Counted from the first letter of the stretch, positions 37,833-47,541 are shown. The stretch is 64,000 nt of DNA from Candidatus Uhrbacteria bacterium (GCA_026395055.1 JAPLZK010000003.1:99855-163854); one strand, 5' to 3'. Notes: generated by a model from the letters alone, not told the origin. A program made the numbers and translations.

Positions 37833-38699
37833 ATGTTTGTAGACTCTCATTGCCATGTGCATTTTCGCGCGTATAAAGATGAACAAGACGAACTCATAAA
37901 AAAAACCCTAGAGAGTGGGGTTTTTATGGTTACGGTTGGAACAGACAAGGAAACAAGTTGTGAGGCAATCGAATGTGCAGAGAAATACAATGGTGTGTTT
38001 GCGACCATTGGATTGCATCCAGAGCACGTCATTGATCAAACGTTTTTTGACGAGAATGAATCTGCCGAACATCATCCAGCCGAAACATTTGATCCAGATT
38101 TTTATCGAACACTCGCAAAAAGCAAAAAGTGTGTTGCGATCGGCGAATGTGGACTCGATTATTATCGCATGCCAGAAGGGATCGATCGGGATGCGGCGAT
38201 CATAAAGCAAAAACAAACGGTACGCGCACACTTTGACTTGGCAGACGAACTCGGTCTCCCTGTTGTCGTCCATTGTCGAGATGCGTACGCCGATCAACTT
38301 GCAATTAATCAAGAATATTTGGACGCAGGAAAATTAAAACGTCGCGGAGTGATTCATTGCTTCGCGGGTACGCTTGAGAATGCGCGAGCGTTTATTGCGC
38401 AAGGGTTTTATTTGGGATTTACAGGTGTGATTACATTTCCCGCTCGAAAAACAGATGTTCTTGTTGATGGACTTACAGAGACACAACAAATTATTCGTGA
38501 AATGCCGATTGATCAAATGTTCATTGAAACAGATTCGCCGTATCTCACACCTATTCCATTTCGTGGAAAACGCAACGAACCATCGTATGTAAAATACGTT
38601 GCGCAAAAGATTGCAGAGATTCGTGGTGTCTCAATAGAAGAAATAGAACATGCAACAACAGACAATGCAAAACGCCTTTTTCGCTTGGCGATAGAATAA
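37833..38699 (+). CDS. tatD: TatD family nuclease
   Basis: DSHCH, GLHP, IGECGLDY, VHCR, HCF, ETDSPYL, RNEP. Confidence 0.95.
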   Translation: MFVDSHCHVHFRAYKDEQDELIKKTLESGVFMVTVGTDKETSCEAIECAEKYNGVFATIGLHPEHVIDQTFFDENESAEHHPAETFDPDFYRTLAKSKKCVAIGECGLDYYRMPEGIDRDAAIIKQKQTVRAHFDLADELGLPVVVHCRDAYADQLAINQEYLDAGKLKRRGVIHCFAGTLENARAFIAQGFYLGFTGVITFPARKTDVLVDGLTETQQIIREMPIDQMFIETDSPYLTPIPFRGKRNEPSYVKYVAQKIAEIRGVSIEEIEHATTDNAKRLFRLAIE

Positions 38700-38722
38700 A
38701 AAAACTCGAGAATCTTCTCGAG

Positions 38723-39616
38723 TTAGGGGCCGACGTAGTAACGGATGTAGTCGGTGGATTTTGGATCTGCGCCGTTTAGGAGGTCGTAGATGCATTTCTG
38801 AAGGAGGCTTCCGTGCGGTTTGAATTCAGGACCTGTACAACCTTCTTTCTGTTCACGCGCACGACGTTTCCATCCCTCAAAGTGTTGTTCGCCCCATTTG
38901 CGTGTATCGGGATCTTCATCATCGCACGCGGCAAAGGCTTCTTCCATTTTCTGTCGTATCATTTGATAGTATTCGTCCTTGTGGAGTCTTTGAATCCAAA
39001 TGGGAACATTCAGATTTTTGACTACAGGAGGAACATCGATCACGAGTGGCTCGAAAGGGGGAGGTATCTCAAGATCTGGTGAGGGGCCGTCTGTGTCCTT
39101 ATCCGCCATGGTGGTCTTTTTTTTGCCCCCCGTTTTTGCGGCAGCGAGCATACCTTCCAGATTGGCTGGATTCACGGCACGAATATAGGGAACACGTCCT
39201 TCGTCACGCTCAGCATCTGTTTGAGGTTTGGGTATGACCATTTCAGGAATACCTCTCTGTGCTGCCCTGAGGGCATCAATATTGATTGTTCCTCCGGCGG
39301 GTTTGGCGATTTCCATCGGAATTGGTGGAGGCTCGGCCTCGGCTTCCGGTGGTTCTTCCAGCTCTTCCATAGATTCACTCTCGGTCAAGTCCGCAAGGAG
39401 TGCTTTCTGGGCTGTATGATCGAGGCTGTCGACGTATAGTGAACGATCTTCCGCAAAGGTGCGGTATCGATTTACGGCACTTTCCGCAATACTCATGAAT
39501 TGTTGATCATCCAGAGCATCAATGTTTTGATTTGCTTGGAAAAGCTCGAGAGCCTCCTGGGTTGCAAGACTTGGGTCGTCTCCAAAGAGCTGATTATATG
39601 CTTCTGCGAGTTCCAT
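38723..39616 (-). CDS. Hypothetical protein (acidic, Pro-rich linker)
   Basis: GGAGG SD before ATG 39616 (MELAEAY); shares the terminator at 38698-38724. Confidence 0.75.
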   Translation of the reverse strand: MELAEAYNQLFGDDPSLATQEALELFQANQNIDALDDQQFMSIAESAVNRYRTFAEDRSLYVDSLDHTAQKALLADLTESESMEELEEPPEAEAEPPPIPMEIAKPAGGTINIDALRAAQRGIPEMVIPKPQTDAERDEGRVPYIRAVNPANLEGMLAAAKTGGKKKTTMADKDTDGPSPDLEIPPPFEPLVIDVPPVVKNLNVPIWIQRLHKDEYYQMIRQKMEEAFAACDDEDPDTRKWGEQHFEGWKRRAREQKEGCTGPEFKPHGSLLQKCIYDLLNGADPKSTDYIRYYVGP

Positions 39617-39760
39617 GGAACCTCCTGTAGGTGTGTTTGAGAAGCTTGTGAATATAGCATGCAAAACTCATTTTGTCAACGAAAAGTGACAGGTATTTGG
39701 AAATAATCATTCTGCTCTTTATTTGTCAGGACTTTACATCAATTTTTTTGCTAAAATGTC

Positions 39761-39789
39761 TTGACATTCTTTGAAATTCTTGTTAGTTT
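39761..39789 (+). promoter_or_regulatory. Sigma70 promoter of the 509-aa orphan gene
   Basis: TTGACA-17-(TGn)TAGTTT. Confidence 0.55.
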
Positions 39790-39867
39790 ACCTCCTCAAA
39801 GTGGCAACGGTGTCGCGGAGAGAAGAGGGTTTTTTCGAGCGAGATCTCTCGCTTGCGAGGTTAGACG

Positions 39868-41397
39868 ATGAGTCGTTTGAGCAAATTGCTTGCGGATCTT
39901 GGCATGAACATTCCGATCGTTGATGAAACGACGGGTACGAGTTCGAATACGGGCACGGCGCTTGCCATGCCACAGAAGAACGCTGCCGCAAAGCGCGTCA
40001 TTGACGAAGGGGTCGACATGGCCTCAATAGTATACGCGGACCTCCCTCCGGAGGTGGCGCGTAGCCGCATGCGCGAACGTCTCGTCGAAGTCGGCGAAAT
40101 GGTGATCTTCCCAATCGACTTCACTGCGGGTGTTGTGGAGAAGGAAGATGGTAGCCCGGATCTGAAGATCTATGCCACCATGAACATTCCGGGCGTTGGG
40201 CACGTGGAAGTGCAGCCGCTCATCACGCTTGGCGTGAATTACATCGGTCAGACGAAGGAAGGCAAGTTCCGGACGTTGCAAACGTTCCAGTGCTTGGTCT
40301 TCCGGCCGAGGTTCGTGGATCCGAAGAAGCCGAAGGAAAATCCGTACAAGGCGTTTCCGATCAACTTCCTCAGTCCGAGTGTCCTCGACACCTGGAATTT
40401 CATTGCGACCCAGATGCCGAGCCTGAATTGGCCAACGATTGATCACATTCCGAATACTCTCCGCAAGGCGGGAACGCGGACGCTCACGTTTGCGCCACGG
40501 TGTCTGAAGACGTTGTCGTTCACGAATGACAAGCGTGTGAAGCGCAAGGGTCAGTGGGTGAATGAGCCTGTGACGGATTCGTTCCGGATCGTGGGTTACC
40601 TCTTTGGCCAGATGCTGAAGTTGCACGCGTTGTCGGATGAACCGGTCACTCCCGCGCTCGACGCAGATGGAAAGCAGCGTGAGAACAAGGAAGGCTATCA
40701 GCTGGTCGAGCTCGATCGGCGGGAATACGTCTGGAGCGTGAAGCTTGGCGAAGGTTCGCTCGAGTTGTCGCTCATTGATCTCGCGGAGAACTACAAGGGT
40801 GACGCGCGCGTTCCGATCGTGGAAGTGCGCAATGAAATGGATCCGTTCGCGGTCCTTGGCACGACGCCGCTCAAGATGGACATCAATACGGTTGGTGATC
40901 TCACGCGTGCGTGGGTCATGCGTGTGTACGATGAAACGAATCCGCTGTACGTGTATGCACGTGACGCGGGTCTCGTGAACATTCAGGACTCGCAGGAGAC
41001 CATGCGGCCGATCATCGAAGATCTCGGCCGTACGGCTGTGGAAAAGGGAATTGAGGATATGAAGGCGACCTACGCCGAAGTTACCTCGCGTCTCTCGACC
41101 GCATCGGACAAGCCGAGTATTGAGGAAGTGTTGAATGGGCGCCTGCTCAAGGCGATCCTGTTTCGCATGAACAAGGACGATGCTGCGGCTACGTGGATTG
41201 ATTCCAAGATCGAAGGCAGCTTTGATCCGAAGAGTCCGTTCCACATGGCAGTACGTCGGTACGTGATCGAGATGATCGCGACGAAAGCGAATTACAAGGA
41301 TCCGGAGCCGAAGAAGCCCGAAGCTCCGAAACCTCCTGTGGTCGAAGCGGCAGTTCTGCCTCCTACGACCGAGAACGCGGCGACTCCGCCTGCGTAA
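39868..41397 (+). CDS. Large hypothetical protein, paralogue of 41519..43300
   Basis: 509-aa ORF, GAGG SD, GC-rich codon usage, collinear similarity to the convergent ORF. Confidence 0.88.
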   Translation: MSRLSKLLADLGMNIPIVDETTGTSSNTGTALAMPQKNAAAKRVIDEGVDMASIVYADLPPEVARSRMRERLVEVGEMVIFPIDFTAGVVEKEDGSPDLKIYATMNIPGVGHVEVQPLITLGVNYIGQTKEGKFRTLQTFQCLVFRPRFVDPKKPKENPYKAFPINFLSPSVLDTWNFIATQMPSLNWPTIDHIPNTLRKAGTRTLTFAPRCLKTLSFTNDKRVKRKGQWVNEPVTDSFRIVGYLFGQMLKLHALSDEPVTPALDADGKQRENKEGYQLVELDRREYVWSVKLGEGSLELSLIDLAENYKGDARVPIVEVRNEMDPFAVLGTTPLKMDINTVGDLTRAWVMRVYDETNPLYVYARDAGLVNIQDSQETMRPIIEDLGRTAVEKGIEDMKATYAEVTSRLSTASDKPSIEEVLNGRLLKAILFRMNKDDAAATWIDSKIEGSFDPKSPFHMAVRRYVIEMIATKANYKDPEPKKPEAPKPPVVEAAVLPPTTENAATPPA

Positions 41398-41518
41398 GCA
41401 CATCTCTTACTGATCCTAACCAGGTCAGTTTTTTGTTTTGTTCGACAACATCTTTTGAAGCCTCGGTGAAGAAGGATACAAACAAAGAAAAAACCGATCA
41501 AGTTGATCGGTTCGAGCG

Positions 41519-43300
41519 TTATTGTTTGTCTGTCCTGTATGCAACTTTGTATTCACCTCTATTCAGGATGGATCCGTGGTTCACACGCATGGGTGGGCCC
41601 GGATCATCCTCTCCTGCGGGTGGAATGACGCCATTCATTCCTGTCGGATCCCAAACGGTTGGATCAACGAATGGCAGTTCTTCATCGACGATGAGATCGA
41701 CGGTCGTCGCTTCTGCTTCGATGAACTCTTCGAGGTCATCGTCGCCCAAAATGATTTCTTCGTCGGCTGTATGCGGAACCGCTGTAGGTTTTGGCATTGG
41801 GACAAATGCATCGCTTGCGCGAAACGCCGGAGAACTTGATTCGCGATGACTCACGGGAAGTGAGGAGATCGGAATCTGTTTTGGAACGGGGGTGAGCTCT
41901 GGAATCAGGATGCTGACTTGAGAGATTTCTGGAATGGGTGGCGGTGTTACTCGTCCATACGAATTGATGAGCCATGAACGCAAGTGCATGAGCAGCGGAC
42001 TTTTTGGATCAAAGGGCATGTCGAGGACACGACTGATCCAAAGAGACGCAGCGTCTTCTGGTTGATTCATGCGCAGTGCGGCAACACGAATGTCTCTTCC
42101 GCCGAGCATGGCTTCTGCTGTTGGCTTATTTGGCGCAATCGTGAGCATGCGAATCATTTGAACAGAGGCTGCGGAGATTTGCAGTTTGATCTGTTTGATC
42201 GCGTCGAGCATCAGATCTTCAAGGATGGCATGCATGGTCTGCTGCGGATCACTCGGAAAGATCAGTTTCATTTCGATACCCGCAAGATACAACGGGTTTC
42301 GATGATCGAACGCTCGATTGAGATAGCCTCGCGCCGTTTGATCGATCGTTTTCCAATCAACCTTGAGCGGCGAGGTGTTGAGAACGGCGTATGGGTTGAT
42401 TGCGTCATGTACATCAAGAACGGCAAGACGCTGGTCTATTTTGACTTTGCCCTCTGGACCAAGCCAAAACACTTCAAGTGGACCTTCATTCAGTTTCACG
42501 CGGAAGATGTGTTTTGAAACGAATCGTTTTTCTCCATCCACGTCATCCGGTTCCGGAATTTGTGATTTGGAAGAGAGAAACAGCTTTTGTCCAAAGCGTG
42601 TTCCAATCAAGAGGCGTTTGCGAGATCCTCGTTCACGCTTGAACAATGGATCAAACGTTGGAATGAATTCAACAACGCGAACGCCGGGGCGCATCAAATT
42701 GTTGCGGATCACTTCAATGAGTGGCCAAAGCTCGTCTTTGTTTTTCGTAACGGCATTGCGACGTTTTGCAACGTCGTTCCAAACGTGAATTGTGCTTGGA
42801 TCCGCAAGTCCGAGCGGGAACGCTTTGAATGGCCCGGTCTTTGTGTTCGATTTGAAGACAAGACACTGGATGGAACCACCGCTTGTGTATTTCCCATTTT
42901 CGATCGCAATCAAATATTCGGGTCCGACATAGATGAGCGGAACGATTTCTTGTTCCGCGTCATAGCCGGGAAGGGTCGCTTTCGCGAATACGTGAACGTC
43001 CCCATTCGGTTGTTCACGACCTTCGAAGATGAGATTGGCAATATGTGCTCGACCATTCAATTCTCGCACAAGGCGTGCGCGCATGTCTGATCGTGCAGCT
43101 TCACGATTCGGATTTGGATCCACGAGTGCGGCGCGATTGATCGCGTCTGCGATCAATCGATTCGCTCCCGGAACACTGTCTGGGATCGCGGGAAGGTAAG
43201 CGCTTTTTCGGCCAGACAATTCTGGACTGATTTCCTGCACGTGCGGGATCGAAAGCCCGAGTTCGAGCAGGGTGACAGCGCTCAGCTGCGTCTCATCCAT
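41519..43300 (-). CDS. Large hypothetical protein, paralogue of 39868..41397
   Basis: 593-aa ORF, GGAGG SD, own promoter (TTGACC-17-TAACCT, 43383-43355), Pro/acidic tail. Confidence 0.88.
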   Translation of the reverse strand: MDETQLSAVTLLELGLSIPHVQEISPELSGRKSAYLPAIPDSVPGANRLIADAINRAALVDPNPNREAARSDMRARLVRELNGRAHIANLIFEGREQPNGDVHVFAKATLPGYDAEQEIVPLIYVGPEYLIAIENGKYTSGGSIQCLVFKSNTKTGPFKAFPLGLADPSTIHVWNDVAKRRNAVTKNKDELWPLIEVIRNNLMRPGVRVVEFIPTFDPLFKRERGSRKRLLIGTRFGQKLFLSSKSQIPEPDDVDGEKRFVSKHIFRVKLNEGPLEVFWLGPEGKVKIDQRLAVLDVHDAINPYAVLNTSPLKVDWKTIDQTARGYLNRAFDHRNPLYLAGIEMKLIFPSDPQQTMHAILEDLMLDAIKQIKLQISAASVQMIRMLTIAPNKPTAEAMLGGRDIRVAALRMNQPEDAASLWISRVLDMPFDPKSPLLMHLRSWLINSYGRVTPPPIPEISQVSILIPELTPVPKQIPISSLPVSHRESSSPAFRASDAFVPMPKPTAVPHTADEEIILGDDDLEEFIEAEATTVDLIVDEELPFVDPTVWDPTGMNGVIPPAGEDDPGPPMRVNHGSILNRGEYKVAYRTDKQ

Positions 43301-43396
43301 CCGTTCCTCCTGTCTGATCTTTGGGTCTTCAATACACAGCGCATTGAAGGACAGAGGTTATCATACGATAATTCGGGGGTCAATTCAAAAAAACGA

Positions 43397-43425
43397 TTGA
43401 CCTCTTTTCAAAAAACCTATACACT
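43397..43425 (+). promoter_or_regulatory. Promoter of the atp operon
   Basis: TTGACC-17-TACACT shortly before ATG 43439. Confidence 0.6.
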
Positions 43426-43438
43426 ATCGGCGTCTTTT

Positions 43439-43678
43439 ATGAATACAGATGCGGCGTATTATCGCCTTGCGCTCCGAATCTTTGCCGACTTTAGCGGATC
43501 CATCGCGGTTCCGGCCGTTTTGGCCGCATTACTCGGTAAATGGCTAGATGATAAGCAGCAGACCGGCCCTAGATTTCTCATCCTTTTTCTTTTATTGGCG
43601 TTGTTGATGACGGCTTGGATGATCGTGAAGAAGGCAAAGAAGTACCAAAAAGCGTATGACGCTTTAAATAAAACGTAG
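43439..43678 (+). CDS. AtpZ/AtpI family protein
   Basis: IAVP...LLGKWLD...T.P motif, two TM helices, first gene of the atp operon. Confidence 0.85.
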   Translation: MNTDAAYYRLALRIFADFSGSIAVPAVLAALLGKWLDDKQQTGPRFLILFLLLALLMTAWMIVKKAKKYQKAYDALNKT

Positions 43679-43681
43679 ACT

Positions 43682-44521
43682 ATGCAATTTTCCATTCCTC
43701 CTGCTGCCGCTGAAACAATTTTCCATCTCGGGGGGTTTTCTGTTACAAATACCATTATCAACAGCTGGATTGCTGTTGTTTTTTTTGTCATCATCGTCAT
43801 GTTGCTTAACCGCAAGCAAACACGTGTTCCAAAAGGATTGCGCAACATTGCAGAAGGGTTAGTTGAGTTCATGCTCGCAGAAATTCAAAAAGTTACAGGA
43901 GATGCAAAGCGCTCACGACAGTTTTTGCCGATCGTGGGAACAATCTTCTTGTTTATTTTATTTTCAAACTGGATCGGACTTTTCCCTGGAGTTGGTTCCA
44001 TCGGAGTGTGGGAAATAAAAGAGGGGACAAAGGAATTTATTCCCTTGTTACGTTCTGCCGCATCTGATTTGAACTTAACGCTCGCGATTGCCGCTTTTGC
44101 TGTTTTTACGTCGCACTTCATTGGTTTGCGGTCCGTTGGGCTTGTGAATCACTTCAGCAAATTCTTTAACATTCGTGGAATTTGGCGTTCGCTTAAGAAA
44201 GGACCGATCGCCATCATTGTTGCGGTGATTGAATTTGGTGTTGGACTCATTGAAATCGTAAGTGAGCTCGCAAAAGTTGTTTCACTTTCTCTTCGTTTAT
44301 TCGGAAATGTCTTTGCGGGAGAAGTGCTCATGACCGTGATGCTCGGATTGTTTTCCTATTTCCTTCCAATTCCATTCATCTTTCTTGAAATTCTTGTTGG
44401 TGTTGTTCAAGCAACCGTCTTTGCCATGCTTACGCTTGCGTATCTCACGGTTGCAACAACTTCGCATGAAGAGCATGAAGAAGAACATCATGAACCAGAT
44501 CACGTCCGTGCCCACGCATAG
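43682..44521 (+). CDS. atpB: ATP synthase Fo subunit a
   Basis: SLSLRLFGNVFAGE, QATVFAMLT; His/Glu-rich tail. Confidence 0.96.
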   Translation: MQFSIPPAAAETIFHLGGFSVTNTIINSWIAVVFFVIIVMLLNRKQTRVPKGLRNIAEGLVEFMLAEIQKVTGDAKRSRQFLPIVGTIFLFILFSNWIGLFPGVGSIGVWEIKEGTKEFIPLLRSAASDLNLTLAIAAFAVFTSHFIGLRSVGLVNHFSKFFNIRGIWRSLKKGPIAIIVAVIEFGVGLIEIVSELAKVVSLSLRLFGNVFAGEVLMTVMLGLFSYFLPIPFIFLEILVGVVQATVFAMLTLAYLTVATTSHEEHEEEHHEPDHVRAHA

Positions 44522-44613
44522 GTTCGCGCAGGGCGTTGCTCCTCGAGATTCTCGACGATCAACGTTCATCGCGAAACGATGGAATCAATTTATTTATTCT
44601 TAAGGAAACTTTT

Positions 44614-44832
44614 ATGGACGCAGCAAGCATCATTGCCCTTGCAAAAGGACTTACGATTGCGATCGGCGGATTTGGTCCAGCGATCGGAATTGGTTTAATT
44701 GGATTTAAAGCGATGGAAGCGATTGGTCGCAATCCAGAAGCTGCAGGAAAATTGTTCGTGCCAATGCTTCTTGGAATGGCCTTCGCAGAAGCCGTTGCTA
44801 TTTACGCCCTCGTTGTTTCGTTTACCCTTTAA
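44614..44832 (+). CDS. atpE: ATP synthase Fo subunit c (H+-type signature)
   Basis: GPAIGIG, GRNPEA, FAEAVAIY; lacks the Na+-binding Q and E-S/T residues. Confidence 0.96.
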   Translation: MDAASIIALAKGLTIAIGGFGPAIGIGLIGFKAMEAIGRNPEAAGKLFVPMLLGMAFAEAVAIYALVVSFTL

Positions 44833-44890
44833 ACGACGCATCACGACAGGTTGTCGAGATTCGACGACCTTTGTGAGTTGTTGTTTCGTG

Positions 44891-44986
44891 AGGGGTAAGG
44901 GGCTAGAGGCAAGGGACTAGATTGAAATAATTTTCGTTCTTGTACCACCCTTTGTCTCGTCCCTCGCCCCTTGCCCCTAACCCCTT
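44891..44986. repeat. Inverted arrays of degenerate heptamers
   Basis: AGGGGTA AGGGGCT AGAGGCA AGGGACT ... CGTCCCT CGCCCCT TGCCCCT AACCCCT. Confidence 0.75.
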
Positions 44987-44992
44987 TTCTAT

Positions 44993-45499
44993 ATGTCAGA
45001 ACCTACAGGTGGCATCGCCACACTCGGAATCAATGTGAATATTTTTATCGCGCAGCTCGTCAACTTTCTTGTTGTCTTGCTTGTGCTTTGGAAATTTGCG
45101 TACAAGCCACTCGTCAAAATTTTGGATGATCGATCACAAAAAATTGAAGACAGCCTGAAGCAATCTGATGCGGTTGAGCTTCGTGTGAAACAACTTGAGG
45201 TTGAGCAAAAACAAATTATTGCAACGGCAAAAGGTGAAGCCATGCAAATTCTCGAAACAGCAAAAGCAGATGCAGATGTTCGTAAGCAAGAATTGCTTGC
45301 AGCGGCAAAGAAAGAGGTTGAGCGCGTCGTTGCTCAAGGCAAAGAACAACTTCAGGCAGAGAAAGCACAAATGCTTCATGAAGCAAAAGCAGAACTCGTG
45401 AATATGGCGGTTAGCGCTACAAAGAAAATTCTTGAATCAGAGGTTGATGAAAAAGCATCACATAAGATTGCGACAGACGTTATTCAAAAAATGTCCTAG
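44993..45499 (+). CDS. atpF: ATP synthase Fo subunit b
   Basis: AQLVNFLVVLLVLWKFAYKPL..LDDR plus coiled coil. Confidence 0.95.
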   Translation: MSEPTGGIATLGINVNIFIAQLVNFLVVLLVLWKFAYKPLVKILDDRSQKIEDSLKQSDAVELRVKQLEVEQKQIIATAKGEAMQILETAKADADVRKQELLAAAKKEVERVVAQGKEQLQAEKAQMLHEAKAELVNMAVSATKKILESEVDEKASHKIATDVIQKMS

Positions 45500-45503
45500 G
45501 CGT

Positions 45504-45887
45504 ATGAACGTTTCACCTAAACAATTAGCACGCCTGTTCGTTGAATCTGTCGAAGACGCTTCAGAGAAGCATCTCGAAGAAGCCGCGACAGAATTGATTA
45601 CGTGGCTTCACGCTCGTGGTGAGTTGAAGAAGCTGAAGGACGTCATTCGCTCCATTGATCAAATTTGGAAAGAAAAACATGGAATGGCAACGCTTACGAT
45701 TGAAACTGCGCATCCACTTACAAAAACAATGAAAGACGCACTCACGAGTCTTGCGGCTGGCGCAGAGGTTCGAGAGGTTGTTGATCCGACATTGATTGGT
45801 GGCGCAAGACTTCGCATCGACGAGCGCATTATTGACGGATCCTTGAAAGGCGCCCTTGAACAACTTACACAAAAACTTTCACGATAA
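45504..45887 (+). CDS. atpH: ATP synthase F1 subunit delta (short form)
   Basis: TAHPL, VDPTLIGGARLRIDERIIDGSL; position in operon. Confidence 0.9.
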   Translation: MNVSPKQLARLFVESVEDASEKHLEEAATELITWLHARGELKKLKDVIRSIDQIWKEKHGMATLTIETAHPLTKTMKDALTSLAAGAEVREVVDPTLIGGARLRIDERIIDGSLKGALEQLTQKLSR

Positions 45888-45904
45888 TTTTACAACGCGA
45901 GAAA

Positions 45905-45937
45905 AGATTGCTTCGTCGATGACTCCTCGCAATGACA
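45905..45937. repeat. Palindromic-element half copy
   Basis: AGATTGCTTCGTCGATGACTCCTCGCAATGACA, nearly identical to 47508-47541. Confidence 0.75.
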
Positions 45938-45944
45938 AAACTTT

Positions 45945-47447
45945 ATGAATACTAAAACAGATATCGTCGACGCGCTTAAAAAGTCGCTCGAAACATTTCA
46001 AACAAGCACGTCTGAAGAACAAGTAGGAACTGTTCTCTCTGTTTCTGATGGAACCGCTCGCATGAGTGGACTTTCGAATGCAAAATCATCCGAGATGCTT
46101 GAATTTCCTGGCGGAGTCTTTGGCGTGGTGTTGAACCTCGAAGAAGATACGGTCGGAGCTGTTATTCTTGGAGACACAACAAAAATTAAAGAAGGGGACA
46201 CGGTTCGTGCCCTTGGACGTATTCTTTCTGTTCCTGTATCAGATGAGATTATTGGACGCGTCGTAGATCCACTTGGAAATCCCATTGATGGCAAAGGAGC
46301 ATTTCGTGCTTCTACATTTTTTCCGATTGAAAAAGTTGCTCCAGGTGTTATGACACGTAAATCCGTTGGAGTTCCACTTCAAACGGGAATTAAAGCGATT
46401 GATGCCCTTATTCCAATCGGTCGTGGTCAGCGTGAGCTCATCATCGGAGATCGCCAAGTGGGAAAGACGGCAATTGCCATCGACACAATCATCAACCAAA
46501 AAGGACAGGGGGTGAAATGTATTTATGTTGCGATTGGTCAAAAGGAATCTAAGATCGCAAAGATTGTTGCAAAGCTCGAAGAAGCAGGTGCTATGGAATA
46601 CACAACCGTTGTTGTGGCTGGTGCATCTGATCCAGCAGCGCTTTCTTACATCGCTCCGTACACTGGTTGTACGATTGGAGAATACTTCATGGCAAAGGGC
46701 GAAGATGCGCTCGTTGTGTATGACGATTTGTCGAAACACGCTTGGGCTTATCGTGAAATTTCTCTTCTTCTTCGCCGCCCACCAGGACGTGAAGCGTATC
46801 CAGGAGATGTTTTTTATCTTCACTCTCGTTTGCTTGAACGCGCAGCGCGTTTGAATGAAGAGAATGGTGGAGGATCACTTACAGCTTTGCCGATCATCGA
46901 AACACAAGCGGGTGATGTGTCTGCTTACATTCCAACAAACGTTATTTCTATTACAGACGGACAGATTTATCTTGAAAGCGATTTATTCTATCGTGGAATT
47001 CGCCCAGCGCTCAACGTTGGTCTCTCTGTTTCTCGTGTGGGATCCGCTGCGCAAACAAAGGCTATGAAAAAAGTGGCGGGAAAGTTGCGTCTCGACCTTG
47101 CGCAATTCCGTGAGCTCGAAGCGTTCGCACAATTTGCGACGGACCTCGATGCAGGAACGCGTGCACAAATTGAACTTGGACGCCGCACAACAGAATTGCT
47201 CAAGCAATTGCAGTACCAACCACTTCCATTCGAGGAACAAGTTGCGGTGATCTTTTCGGTAACAAACGGGTTCTTGAATGCGGTCGCCATCGAAAAAGTT
47301 GTGCAATGGGAAACAGATTTTCGTTCCTATATGAACTCGGTCGGCGCAGATGTTTTGAAGTCATTGCGTGACGAGAAAGCCCTTACAGATGAAATTGTTG
47401 TATCGCTTAAAGAAGCCATTACAGGATTTAATGAACAGTGGAAATAA
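45945..47447 (+). CDS. atpA: ATP synthase F1 subunit alpha
   Basis: [38 protein letters not shown]. Confidence 0.98.
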   Translation: MNTKTDIVDALKKSLETFQTSTSEEQVGTVLSVSDGTARMSGLSNAKSSEMLEFPGGVFGVVLNLEEDTVGAVILGDTTKIKEGDTVRALGRILSVPVSDEIIGRVVDPLGNPIDGKGAFRASTFFPIEKVAPGVMTRKSVGVPLQTGIKAIDALIPIGRGQRELIIGDRQVGKTAIAIDTIINQKGQGVKCIYVAIGQKESKIAKIVAKLEEAGAMEYTTVVVAGASDPAALSYIAPYTGCTIGEYFMAKGEDALVVYDDLSKHAWAYREISLLLRRPPGREAYPGDVFYLHSRLLERAARLNEENGGGSLTALPIIETQAGDVSAYIPTNVISITDGQIYLESDLFYRGIRPALNVGLSVSRVGSAAQTKAMKKVAGKLRLDLAQFRELEAFAQFATDLDAGTRAQIELGRRTTELLKQLQYQPLPFEEQVAVIFSVTNGFLNAVAIEKVVQWETDFRSYMNSVGADVLKSLRDEKALTDEIVVSLKEAITGFNEQWK

Positions 47448-47453
47448 GTTTTG

Positions 47454-47541
47454 TGTCATTGCGAGCGAAGCGCGGCAATCTTTCTAGGGAGTTTATCTCA
47501 AGGAAAAAGATTGCTTCGTCGTCGAACTCCTCGTAATGACA
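47454..47541. repeat. Complete palindromic element (paired halves)
   Basis: TGTCATTGCGAGCGAAGCGCGGCAATCT ... AGATTGCTTCGTCGTCGAACTCCTCGTAATGACA. Confidence 0.8.

Noticed and set aside
39801-39816. Guanidine-II riboswitch (ACGG-loop hairpin)
   Set aside because: Only one ACGR hairpin is present where two are required, and the downstream gene is not a known guanidine gene.
40024-41403. 459-aa antisense ORF
   Set aside because: It lies opposite the GC-rich 509-aa gene, which has paralogue support. Its His/Arg/Leu-rich translation is typical of a shadow ORF.
38723-43300. Prophage or integrative element
   Set aside because: No integrase, terminal repeats, tRNA target or phage structural genes were recognised.
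44614-44832. Na+-translocating ATP synthase
   Set aside because: Subunit c lacks the Gln and Glu-Ser/Thr Na+ signature.
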